Translations under genes and position numbers: made by a program
The notes under the pieces: model-generated
What the model was told of the DNA's origin: nothing
Databases searched by the model: none
The model's input: only the letters and a program-made list of their open reading frames with translations
In this document: piece after piece, positions 10,692 to 19,806 of the stretch
Layout of the letters: every line of letters starts with the position of its first letter
Numbering within the stretch: position 1 is the first letter of the stretch
Assembly (NCBI GenBank): GCA_048940925.1
Contig: JBHLOC010000007.1
Span: 1-64,000 of the forward strand
DNA: 64,000 bases
Source: Promethearchaeota archaeon
GTDB taxonomy: Archaea; Asgardarchaeota; Lokiarchaeia; Sigyniarchaeales; SOKP01
Reading direction: 5' to 3'

Positions 10692-11438
10692 TTATACTAA
10701 TAAAATTTTTAGAGGAGTATATGTAGTTTCAGGCATGAACGCTTCACCAAATTCGCTATTAATCTCATTCCCCCTTAAAATTGCAGTATCTTTTGCCCAA
10801 TCTAAAACACGTTCTAAAACTTCTTCTTGAGAAATGTATATGTGTTTAAAAATCTCTTTTTTACGTTCCCAAGTATCAGTAATATCTACAATTACAAATA
10901 CAGATCCTTCAATATATTGAAATTTACATGATGGGGATTCATAATAATAAACTCCATATGGTTTCCATTCTCTTCCATGACCTCCGTAAGCTTTCCCAGT
11001 AGAACAATGATAAATCGCTTCTCTTACTATAAGTGATAAATTTCGATGCACTCTATGAAAATCTGTATAATGAGGTAATAAAATAACCTGAGGTTGGTAC
11101 TCTCTTATTAAATTTGTAATTTCTGAGACTTTATTTCGTTCTACCTTTAAGTCTGGATACTTTAATTCTATAATTTCACATTTCAATATCTCTCTTGCAA
11201 AATCTAATTCTTTTCCTCTCTGAAATGAGATTTTTTCTTTATCTTGTTGTTTAGCATACCCCCCTAATCCCTTAGTAGCTATAATTATAACAATTTCAGA
11301 TCCTAGATTTTGATATTTTAAAATAGTTCCTCCACAAGAAATTAATTCGTCATCAGGATGCCCTGCAAACACTATTATTCTTTTTGGTATTACTACAGGA
11401 AGCTCGTCTTCACATTTAAAAAATGATTTTTCTGACAT
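10692..11438 (-). CDS. PIG-L/LmbE family N-acetyl-sugar deacetylase
   Basis: 'GHPDDE' metal motif, 'T.G..G', 'DFHRVH', C-terminal 'GEAF'. Confidence 0.9.
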   Translation of the reverse strand: MSEKSFFKCEDELPVVIPKRIIVFAGHPDDELISCGGTILKYQNLGSEIVIIIATKGLGGYAKQQDKEKISFQRGKELDFAREILKCEIIELKYPDLKVERNKVSEITNLIREYQPQVILLPHYTDFHRVHRNLSLIVREAIYHCSTGKAYGGHGREWKPYGVYYYESPSCKFQYIEGSVFVIVDITDTWERKKEIFKHIYISQEEVLERVLDWAKDTAILRGNEINSEFGEAFMPETTYTPLKILLV

Positions 11439-11638
11439 TAAGTATTAATTTTATCTTAAGTATAAAAAATTTTATTGAATTCCTAAATTCGTTCTATATT
11501 ACGAGTTAGTAGCTAACTACATGAATTTTAAAGATAAAAAATGATTAATAAAAAGAGAGAGAAATAATATCTTAAACTTCTATTCTACCATTAATCTATC
11601 TCAATAGAATATAAAATTTAGCCCATTTAAGGTTTTAG

Positions 11639-12325
11639 CTATTCTCCTCTCATAATCTTTTTCAATCTATTTAGTTCATCGAGCATTTCATCTCTAAGAG
11701 AGCTTAAACCTCCTCCCGCAGCAGGTGCGGCTGGAGTTGCTGCTGTTACTGGAGGTCTTGGTGGTCCGCCACTAGGAGCTACAGCAGGTGCTGCTGTTGG
11801 AGCGGTGGGTCTTTTTACAAATGTAGGTGCTTTTGGAGGGGCTCCACCAGGTGGTGCTTTAGGAGGACCACCGCCTGAAGGAGGTAGTTTAGGAGCGGGG
11901 GGTAAATTGCCACGTTTAGGGGGACCTCCACCAGGTGGCGCTTTAGGCGGACCTCCACCAGGTGGTGCTTTAGGCGGACCTCCGCCGCTTGGAGGAGCAG
12001 GAGCTGCGGTCAAACTTGGGGGTGGTGAAGCTGCTGTTGGTACCCCAGGTGGACCTCCTCCGCTTAATAATGAAAATAAGGTACTAGCTGCAGCTGTTTT
12101 GGCAGTATCAGGAGTCGCTGCTGGTGCTATTTTTTTAGAGGAAGTACTTACTGTTTGAACTTCTTCTACAGTAACTTCTTTTAAATCCTTCTGAGCTTTA
12201 GCTAAAGACTTGATAAAATCATTAATTCCTTTTACAGTCTCTTCAAGATCATCAGCTAATGAAGTTAAACCTTTTTTCATAAAATTAACTACGCGTTCGA
12301 TTTTTTTTTGCTCTTTTGAAACCAC
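11639..12325 (-). CDS. Proline-rich protein: N-terminal coiled coil, polyproline repeats, C-terminal amphipathic helix with LKK
   Basis: GTG start; repeats GGGPPKAPP; tail GGGLSSLRDEMLDELNRLKKIMRGE. Confidence 0.85.
   Translation of the reverse strand: MVSKEQKKIERVVNFMKKGLTSLADDLEETVKGINDFIKSLAKAQKDLKEVTVEEVQTVSTSSKKIAPAATPDTAKTAAASTLFSLLSGGGPPGVPTAASPPPSLTAAPAPPSGGGPPKAPPGGGPPKAPPGGGPPKRGNLPPAPKLPPSGGGPPKAPPGGAPPKAPTFVKRPTAPTAAPAVAPSGGPPRPPVTAATPAAPAAGGGLSSLRDEMLDELNRLKKIMRGE
11841..11986. repeat. Intragenic 27-bp imperfect tandem repeat encoding (PKAPPGGGP)n
   Basis: ggacctccaccaggtgg(c/t)gctttaggc at 11922 and 11949, partial copies near 11976 and 11841. Confidence 0.9.
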
Positions 12326-12605
12326 GTCTTTCTCAATTCCTCTAATATTATTGTAAGTTTAATAAATAGTTATTATTACTAGTAATAATCTAATAATTTA
12401 ATTATATAATAAATTAATATGTATTTATATTTTTATTCCATACTTGAATGATCTTTTAATCTGAAATAATCCCTATTTATGAAAAAACGTTAATTATTAA
12501 AAAACCTAAACTAATAATATTATATAACATATTTCATTAGTAATTTTTAAAATTCAATTTTTTAAAATACTACATATTTGAATAAATAAAAAAGATGGTA
12601 GAAAA

Positions 12606-12872
12606 ATGCCAAAGCGTGAACTCTTCATAAAGAGAGTGTATGAGATTGTAAATGAGCTTAAAATTCCCTTAATTGATGAGAGGGTATATGACAATGTTAA
12701 GTTCAGTGCAGGATCGGCGATTGCATCCGTCATTTTCAAATTTGAAGAGGATGAATCTGTTATCCGCGGGTTCCTCGGTCTTGCAGAATATTTCCACACT
12801 GTTGTGATCAAGCGTAAAGATGAATTCTTTATACCCCATGCCTCTATATTATTTCGTCTGATTAGCGCTTAA
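12606..12872 (+). CDS. Hypothetical small protein (88 aa)
   Basis: Clean ATG-TAA ORF with protein-like composition, followed by an oligo-T tract. Confidence 0.75.
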   Translation: MPKRELFIKRVYEIVNELKIPLIDERVYDNVKFSAGSAIASVIFKFEEDESVIRGFLGLAEYFHTVVIKRKDEFFIPHASILFRLISA

Positions 12873-12875
12873 AAT

Positions 12876-12900
12876 TTATTTTTTTTTACTTTTCTTTTAT
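12876..12900 (+). terminator. Oligo-T terminator-like tract between convergent genes
   Basis: tttatttttttttacttttcttttat immediately after the stop at 12872. Confidence 0.5.
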
Positions 12901-12930
12901 ATAGTATTAATTTTATAAATGTACTACCAA

Positions 12931-13647
12931 TTAGGTTTCATCTTTATTTGGAATATAATAATCTGATTTAATAATTAGCTCCAATACTTCAGCTTCGGGT
13001 ACATCATACCAATTTTTATAAGCATCTGCAACGGCAAACCATCGAACATCTCTAATGTTAGGACAAAATAAACCATCAACACCCTCTTCAACCCTCTTTA
13101 CAGTACTAAGAGGTGCTGTTGGTACTGCTACGAAAATTTTTTGTGGATGATATTTTTTTATCATGGTGAGTGCTGCTAGCATAGTAAATCCTGAAGCTAA
13201 ACCATCATCAAGTATAAATATGCATTTATTTTCAATATTTTTATTGTAAGTATCCTCAGAAATCGAAGTTTTTTTATAAAACTTTAATCTATCGCTTATT
13301 TCTTCTTTTGTTATATGAATTGAGTTTTTTACAGCATTCTCTGATAAGTTAAGTTGATTCAATAAAGGTTCATTAATTAAAATTGTGCCATCTGTGGTTA
13401 CAGCTCCAAAACCTGCCTCTGTATTATAGGGAATCTTTATTTTCCGAACTATTAAAATATCATAATTAATATTAAATTTGGAGCAAAAACCTTCGGTAAC
13501 TGGCACACCACCATTAGGTATAGCAAAACAAAAAAAATGTTGTCTTTCTTTAAGAATATGAGCTTTGAAGTAATCTGATTCTTTTATTACAAAATCGGCT
13601 AAGATCTTCCCCGCTTCAAATCTGGAGTTATATCTAATGAATTTCAT
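12931..13647 (-). CDS. Type I phosphoribosyltransferase family protein
   Basis: PRPP loop 'ILDDGLASGFT', 'IPNGGVPV', 'VRKI..P...EAGFGAV'. Confidence 0.9.
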   Translation of the reverse strand: MKFIRYNSRFEAGKILADFVIKESDYFKAHILKERQHFFCFAIPNGGVPVTEGFCSKFNINYDILIVRKIKIPYNTEAGFGAVTTDGTILINEPLLNQLNLSENAVKNSIHITKEEISDRLKFYKKTSISEDTYNKNIENKCIFILDDGLASGFTMLAALTMIKKYHPQKIFVAVPTAPLSTVKRVEEGVDGLFCPNIRDVRWFAVADAYKNWYDVPEAEVLELIIKSDYYIPNKDET

Positions 13648-13972
13648 TATTAATAGTTATTATAAAAAATAATATAAAAATTATAGTTTTGAATATCATA
13701 TGGTATTAAAAAAACCAATAAGGGAAAATCTTAAAATATCTGGAGTAAATATTATTCACTTTATTTAAATTTTTACAAAATATTTGTAATTCTATATATA
13801 ACACGCAAAACATAAATAAAATTTTAAAATAAATAATATGAAATTAGCTTCACCTAAAATTTAAATATGATGAGAAATAACTTAATTAAGAAGAAAAATA
13901 AATAATGAAATATCTTAAAAAAATGCTTCAAAAGGATAATATTAATTCAATTGATTCTGATGAGGATAACAT

Positions 13973-14527
13973 ATGGAGTCTCAAGATACTAAAGAGAAAA
14001 TTGTTAAAGAGACCGTCCCATCAGAGATCATATCAATTCTGGGAGATATTTTTGCTGGGATTATTCTTTCTCTATTAATTTTACCATTTGAAAGTTTCCT
14101 TATTTTAATATTAATGATACCAGCCCTTTTATCCTTAAGAGGGAATTTAAGTGGTCCTTTTATTGCTAGGACTTCCCGTGATTTTATCATTGGAAATTTC
14201 TCAAAAAGGTCATGGATTGAAAATGTATTAGCAACTTATGCTCTTTCAATTATCACTGCTTGTTTTATTGGTCTATTTACAATAGTTTTAAATATAACTT
14301 TTTTTAAGATATTTATACTTAATATTGGATATCTTATTGCGATACCTATAATATCAATCATTTTTGCATTATCTATATCAATTCCTTGTTCAACAGGATT
14401 AAATTATTTAGCTTTCAGAAAAGGACTAAACCCAAATAATGTTGTTAATCCTATTATGACAGCAGTTGATGATTTTTTTACCGTTTTTTGTTTTCTTTTA
14501 ACAATTTACTTATTGGGGGTTCCATAA
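13973..14527 (+). CDS. MgtE/SLC41-type divalent cation transporter, half 1
   Basis: 'IPALLSLRGN', 'GLNPNNVVNPIMTAVDD' (MgtE signatures). Confidence 0.85.
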   Translation: MESQDTKEKIVKETVPSEIISILGDIFAGIILSLLILPFESFLILILMIPALLSLRGNLSGPFIARTSRDFIIGNFSKRSWIENVLATYALSIITACFIGLFTIVLNITFFKIFILNIGYLIAIPIISIIFALSISIPCSTGLNYLAFRKGLNPNNVVNPIMTAVDDFFTVFCFLLTIYLLGVP

Positions 14528-15078
14528 TGAAATACTTTGTAAAAATTTTCAAGGAATCGTTAGTAATTGTGATATTTTCCTCCTTAATGGGATTAGTCTC
14601 TGGTTCTGTGTTATCTTCAAATAATGAATTAATTTATACTATTCCAATTATGTTATTAATTCTCCCTGCTTTAAATTCCCTTATAGGAGATATATCAACT
14701 GTACTCGTCTCTCGATTGACTACACATCTTTATATTGGAACAATACCTCCCACAATTCAAAAATCTGAAAGATTGAAGGAAGATTTTTATGGATTACTCA
14801 TGACTCTTTTACTAAGTTTAATTTCTTTAATCGCTTTAGGTTTTGTGATTGGAACTGTTTCTGGTTTAGAAATTGTTAATCCATTTTTAATGATTTTAAT
14901 TATCAGTATTACTGTTTTATTGATTTTTATTATCCTGTTTATCTTCCTATTTATAAGTACTATATATTTGTTTAAACGGGGGAAGGATCCGAATAATTTT
15001 TTAATTCCATTTGTTACCTCCCTGGCAGACTTTCTGACACCTTCTTTCTTAATTTTATTTATGATAATATTTATATGA
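14527..15078 (+). CDS. MgtE/SLC41-type divalent cation transporter, half 2
   Basis: 'LPALNSLIGD', 'GKDPNNFLIPFVTSLAD'; ATG at 14527 overlaps the upstream stop (TAATG). Confidence 0.85.
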   Translation: MKYFVKIFKESLVIVIFSSLMGLVSGSVLSSNNELIYTIPIMLLILPALNSLIGDISTVLVSRLTTHLYIGTIPPTIQKSERLKEDFYGLLMTLLLSLISLIALGFVIGTVSGLEIVNPFLMILIISITVLLIFIILFIFLFISTIYLFKRGKDPNNFLIPFVTSLADFLTPSFLILFMIIFI

Positions 15079-15115
15079 AATCAAATTATAATGAAAAGTG
15101 AGTGAATAAAACAAC

Positions 15116-16363
15116 ATGACTAAGCCCAGTAAAAAATTTAAGTATAAGCCACTTTCCTTAAAGGATATTATTCGGGAAATGAAACAAAATATTGATTTAA
15201 TGATAGATTTGGCTTATAGTGCATTAAAATTCGGAAGCAAGGAACTTGCTGATGAAGTTTACAATATTGAACAAAGAATTCATGAGCTTACATTTCTATT
15301 AAATTTTCAAATAATTCAAACAAATCCAAGAGGTTTACAGGGAGCTAAAAAATTAGAACCTATAGTTTATTTGGGATATGCCATTGATAAAATTTCTGAC
15401 GCTTTATCTGATATTGCACGAGTAGTTTATATTAATAATGATATTTCATACTTTGTTCAATTATTTAGTGATATTAGTTATGTACCTGAGCCTATCGTAA
15501 AAATTGTTGTAAATGAAGGGTGTAATTTTGTTAGTCAGATTAGAACAGATATTCACTTTAGGTCTAAACATGGAGTCGATCTAATCGCAATTAGAAGAGG
15601 AAACAAATGGCTTTTCGAAAAAAATGAAAAAGTGTTATTAGGTGATATCTTGATAGTGAAGGGTGAAATTCAACCTATAACAGAATTGAAGAATGAATGT
15701 GTTGATCAAGAGCCTTTTTCATTTGATATAGAAAAACAGAAAGAGAAACCATTTTTTGATCTTCAAGATTCAAATATATGTGAAAAATTTGAAGAACTGC
15801 AAAAAAATTATGTATTAATGACTGATATTTCAGAAACTATGATAGAATTATCTTTAGCAGCTTTATTCTTTAATAATGAAGAAGTTGCTGAAGATGTTCT
15901 AGAAATGGAAGAACTAATGGATGGCTTAAATATTGCTTTCGAAAAGGATCTTTTAGACTTAGCTAAACTACTAGAATCACCTCGAGACCTCACAGGAGTT
16001 ATGAGAATAATTTTTTCTTGTGAAATAATATCCGATGCTGCTTCTCATATAGCAGAAAACATCTTAAAAGGATTTGAACCGCATAAAATTTTTCAACAAG
16101 CTTTTCATGAAACTTCTGAAATAGTAGTAAGAGAAACCCTTTCAGAAGATTCTTATTTTAAAAATAAAACTTATAGCGAACTCCAGGATAGTCGCTATAA
16201 ACGTGGTTTTCATATAATCGCATTAAAACGAGAAGATAAATGGATTTATAGTTTTAAACCCGACTTTATTTTTGAACAAGGAGATCTACTGATAGGATTA
16301 GGTCCTAAAGAAACGGTCTTGCAATGGAAAAGATGTGTAAATCCTGAAAAATACAGCGAATAG
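15116..16363 (+). CDS. Tandem PhoU + TrkA-C (RCK_C) x2 regulatory protein
   Basis: Two repeats of 'LMIDLAYSAL/TMIELSLAAL ... ISDA..' each followed by 'IAIRRG/IALKRE ... GD.L'. Confidence 0.85.
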   Translation: MTKPSKKFKYKPLSLKDIIREMKQNIDLMIDLAYSALKFGSKELADEVYNIEQRIHELTFLLNFQIIQTNPRGLQGAKKLEPIVYLGYAIDKISDALSDIARVVYINNDISYFVQLFSDISYVPEPIVKIVVNEGCNFVSQIRTDIHFRSKHGVDLIAIRRGNKWLFEKNEKVLLGDILIVKGEIQPITELKNECVDQEPFSFDIEKQKEKPFFDLQDSNICEKFEELQKNYVLMTDISETMIELSLAALFFNNEEVAEDVLEMEELMDGLNIAFEKDLLDLAKLLESPRDLTGVMRIIFSCEIISDAASHIAENILKGFEPHKIFQQAFHETSEIVVRETLSEDSYFKNKTYSELQDSRYKRGFHIIALKREDKWIYSFKPDFIFEQGDLLIGLGPKETVLQWKRCVNPEKYSE

Positions 16364-16387
16364 TTAAATAAAATTGAGGTAATAATA

Positions 16388-16975
16388 ATGGATCAGGATA
16401 TCATTAGTACAAGGTTTTACGATACTATGCTTGAAATTGCAAGTCAGGTAAAAATGAATGCAAAAAAAATCCAGATTAATGATCTTATAAACACAATTGA
16501 TGCTATATTACAAATCTATAACCATAATAATATGATTTTCATTTATGGTGCCGGACGTTCAGGATTTATTGGTAGATGTTTTGCACAAAGATTGATGCAT
16601 TTAGGACTCAAGTCTTGTTTTATATCAGATGCAATTACTTATCAATATACAAATAAAGATCTTCTATTTATTATTAGTGGAAGCGGAGAAACAACCTCCT
16701 CAGTTGCGATTGCCCAAAAAGCAAAAGAAATAGGAGGAAAAATTTGGCTATTAAGTACAAATCCTGAAAGTACAATTGCCAAAATATCTACTTATACACT
16801 TATAATTGCGGGTAAAAGTAAAAATAATGCAATAAAACAAGACACATTAGCGCCATATACCAGTTTATTTGATATCTCGACTTTAGCAGTTTTAGATTCT
16901 ATAGGGGGGACCTTAATGAAGCTCTTAGATCTAACAGAAAAAGATATTAATCAAAGGCATGCTTCAATTGAATAA
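16388..16975 (+). CDS. hxlB: 6-phospho-3-hexuloisomerase (SIS domain)
   Basis: 'GAGRSG', 'FAQRLMHLG', 'ISGSGET', 'RHASIE' C-terminus. Confidence 0.9.
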   Translation: MDQDIISTRFYDTMLEIASQVKMNAKKIQINDLINTIDAILQIYNHNNMIFIYGAGRSGFIGRCFAQRLMHLGLKSCFISDAITYQYTNKDLLFIISGSGETTSSVAIAQKAKEIGGKIWLLSTNPESTIAKISTYTLIIAGKSKNNAIKQDTLAPYTSLFDISTLAVLDSIGGTLMKLLDLTEKDINQRHASIE

Positions 16976-17052
16976 TAACTATAAACGGGTAATTAAAATT
17001 TTATTCTTAAAAATATATTAAGATCTAAAGAAAAATTTTAAAAACTTTAAAA

Positions 17053-17250
17053 ATGATACCAAGAACAGTTTTTGAAAAACTAAGAGGGGAAAAAATTAGA
17101 TTTTTTGTAAAAGATTTACCAGATCCCCATTGTATCCAATATGGGAAAATTGAAGAAGTAACAGAACACCTTGTTTTAATTAAAGATGAAGATCATGACC
17201 AAATAGTATATATACCTATTGAGAAGATAGTTTTAATTAAAACAACATAA
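17053..17250 (+). CDS. Small Sm/LSm-like (SH3-type beta-barrel) protein
   Basis: Short helix followed by strands 'YGKIEEV..HLVLI....VYIPIEKIVLI'. Confidence 0.5.
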   Translation: MIPRTVFEKLRGEKIRFFVKDLPDPHCIQYGKIEEVTEHLVLIKDEDHDQIVYIPIEKIVLIKTT

Positions 17251-17315
17251 GGCGATATGTAAACTTTTATGTGAAATATTAATTATCAATTATATTTAAT
17301 CAGTGGGGGAATTTT

Positions 17316-17711
17316 ATGAATGACATATTAGAAGTTAAATTTATATCCACAAAAAAAGGTAAAGGTGTATTTGCAAGTAAGGATATTAGAAAGGATACAA
17401 TAATTGATGTTGCCCATGTTATTCTTTTACCTAATAAAGATTATAAAAAAATATCAAAAACAGTCTTATATAACTACTGTTATATATGGGATGATCCAAA
17501 ACACAACTCAGAATTTTATAATGTTATCCCCCTAAGTATTAGCCAATTTATAAACCACTCTTATGACCCTAATGTAAAATATATTTATGATTATGATAAT
17601 AATACAATAGAATATATTGCATTAAGAGACATTTCCAATGGTGAAGAAATAACAATGAATTATAATGGAATAGTTGATGATAAAAGTTCAGTTTGGTTTG
17701 ATATGGAATAA
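17316..17711 (+). CDS. SET-domain lysine methyltransferase
   Basis: 'KGKGVFA', 'FINHSYDPN', 'GEEITMNY'. Confidence 0.92.
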   Translation: MNDILEVKFISTKKGKGVFASKDIRKDTIIDVAHVILLPNKDYKKISKTVLYNYCYIWDDPKHNSEFYNVIPLSISQFINHSYDPNVKYIYDYDNNTIEYIALRDISNGEEITMNYNGIVDDKSSVWFDME

Positions 17712-17869
17712 TAATTCCTTAATATCATAATGATTTATCAATAACCATTTCACATACTCTCAACGAAAAATGTAATAAAAACAATCAGTTATACGAAGGA
17801 AGAGAGAGGTAAGCTATTAATCTATATAATTAAGGGTATATTCACTAATTATTGACAAAGGTGAATTTC

Positions 17870-18268
17870 ATGAATAATCTACTAGAAATAAGATTCATCT
17901 CAAGAAAAAAAGGAAAAGGTGTATTTGCTAAAGAATTTATACCAAAAGGGAGGATCATAGATATTGCTCATATAATCCTTATTTCTAATAAAGATTGGAA
18001 TTTGATTGAAAAAACTGTTTTATCTAATTACTCTTTTGAATGGGATGATCCAAAATTTAGAGGAGAATTTGATTCCGCAATCTCTTTGAGTGTTAGCCAG
18101 TTTATAAATCATTCGTATGATCCAAATGTTGAATATATTTATGATTACAAAAATAAATGTATTGAATATATTACTCTTCGAAATATCTCTAAGGGGGAAG
18201 AAATTACTGTAAATTACAATGGAGAACCTTATAACGATTCATCTATGTGGTTTGAAGTAGAAGAATAA
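17870..18268 (+). CDS. SET-domain lysine methyltransferase (tandem paralog)
   Basis: 'KGKGVFA', 'FINHSYDPN', 'GEEITVNY'; ATG 17870 after the RBS AGGTGA. Confidence 0.92.
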   Translation: MNNLLEIRFISRKKGKGVFAKEFIPKGRIIDIAHIILISNKDWNLIEKTVLSNYSFEWDDPKFRGEFDSAISLSVSQFINHSYDPNVEYIYDYKNKCIEYITLRNISKGEEITVNYNGEPYNDSSMWFEVEE

Positions 18269-18269
18269 G

Positions 18270-19139
18270 TTATTTCTTTCGTAATGATTTCAGGGTTTTT
18301 AAATTCATAATATCTAGTTTAGTATCTTTGCCCTTGGGTGTTTCCAAAATACCAGGCATGTCATTAAATCTTTCATCATTAATAAAAAAACCAAAAGGTT
18401 CTTTTCCAATTTTACCTTGGCCAATATGAGTATGCCTATCTACTCTTGATCCACAATCTTTATCAGTATCATTTAAATGAAATGCAAATAGATACTTTAA
18501 GCCAATGACATCATCAAATTCATCCCACATCTCGTTATATAATTTTTTAGTCGTAAAATCATATCCTGCTGCAAAAGAATGAGCTGTATCAAAACAAATT
18601 CCTATACGATTTTTCTTTTGTATTTTTTCAATTATAGTTTTAAAATGGTGAAATTTATTTCCTAATCCCTTACCTTGCCCAGCAGTAGTTTCAAGTAATA
18701 TAGTTGATTTTGATGATTTTGTTGCTTCCAGCAGCTTATTTAATTGTTTAGCAATTTGTGTTAATGCTTCTACTTTACTTATTTCTTTCTTATCACTAAC
18801 AGGGATTACTCCAGGGTGCATATTTTCGTACTCTATACTTAATTGGTCTACTTTAATAAGTTCATCAATCATTGCGTCATATGATTTTTTTAATTTCTCT
18901 TGATCTAAGCTCGCTAAGTTAACTAAATAACTATTATGTGAAATTACTGGCCAAATTTCTTCTTTTAAATCCTCTTTTTTATTTATAAAATCGTCAATCT
19001 CTTGTTGGCTTAAAGGACCAGAAGCCCAACTACGCACATTTCTGACAAAGACCTGAATTGCTTCACAACCTAATTCTTTTCCGCTCTCAAATGCCAAATA
19101 TTTTCCACCTGAAACACTCATATGTGCACCAATTCTCAT
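18270..19139 (-). CDS. nfo: Endonuclease IV (AP endonuclease family 2)
   Basis: 'IGAHMS', 'H..YLVN', 'HPG', 'LETTAGQG', 'DTAH', 'HLND', 'DRH', 'ETP'. Confidence 0.95.
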   Translation of the reverse strand: MRIGAHMSVSGGKYLAFESGKELGCEAIQVFVRNVRSWASGPLSQQEIDDFINKKEDLKEEIWPVISHNSYLVNLASLDQEKLKKSYDAMIDELIKVDQLSIEYENMHPGVIPVSDKKEISKVEALTQIAKQLNKLLEATKSSKSTILLETTAGQGKGLGNKFHHFKTIIEKIQKKNRIGICFDTAHSFAAGYDFTTKKLYNEMWDEFDDVIGLKYLFAFHLNDTDKDCGSRVDRHTHIGQGKIGKEPFGFFINDERFNDMPGILETPKGKDTKLDIMNLKTLKSLRKK

Positions 19140-19239
19140 TTTAAATCACATTCAAATTCTTATCTTTCGAATATATACTGAAAAATAAAATTTAATTCAA
19201 AATTAAATAATATAACTAATATAATTTTTTAAAATTTCA

Positions 19240-19803
19240 ATGGTTAAAAAATATATGGGAATTCTTGCTAAACGAGAAATGTTTTTACGTTTCATGGGAG
19301 CGAGCATATTTCTGCTAGGATTAGTTATTTCAATATATTTTGATATATATTCAATAAAGACATTACAATCCTCAATTATTCTTTTTTTAATAGACATGAT
19401 CCTGTTTTCTTTTATAATATGTGCAAAATTAGAGGTAAATTTTGTTTCTAAGAACTATTTGATAATAATACTACTTGTCAGTGGCTTTTTTCTTATTTTA
19501 CTGACATTAGGTTTAATATACAGCTTAGATAAATTTATTTTTTTTCTATTAGTGAGTTCTAACATTCTCATAATAATAAGTTGGCATTATTCTTTATCAT
19601 TATATAAAATGAAAAAAGTGTTTTTTCTCATAGGGAGTATCATTTATTTGCTTATTTCAATATTTTTCAGAATTAAAACTTCAATGGATCAATTTGGAGT
19701 GATTTCAAGTCTGGTACCTCTACTTTTTATAATTATAGGATTAGCTCTTATAATTGTAATAGAGTTAAGGATGATAAAAAAAGGATTATTAAAATATATT
19801 TAA
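19240..19803 (+). CDS. Hypothetical 6-TM membrane protein
   Basis: Six hydrophobic segments. Confidence 0.65.
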   Translation: MVKKYMGILAKREMFLRFMGASIFLLGLVISIYFDIYSIKTLQSSIILFLIDMILFSFIICAKLEVNFVSKNYLIIILLVSGFFLILLTLGLIYSLDKFIFFLLVSSNILIIISWHYSLSLYKMKKVFFLIGSIIYLLISIFFRIKTSMDQFGVISSLVPLLFIIIGLALIIVIELRMIKKGLLKYI

Positions 19804-19806
19804 AAA

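Noticed and set aside
11504-11518. Short inverted repeat agttag-tag-ctaact upstream of the PIG-L gene
   Set aside because: 6-bp arms are expected by chance; no second copy noticed
11805-12158. Gly-rich 117-aa plus-strand ORF
   Set aside because: Antisense shadow of the GC-rich polyproline repeat gene
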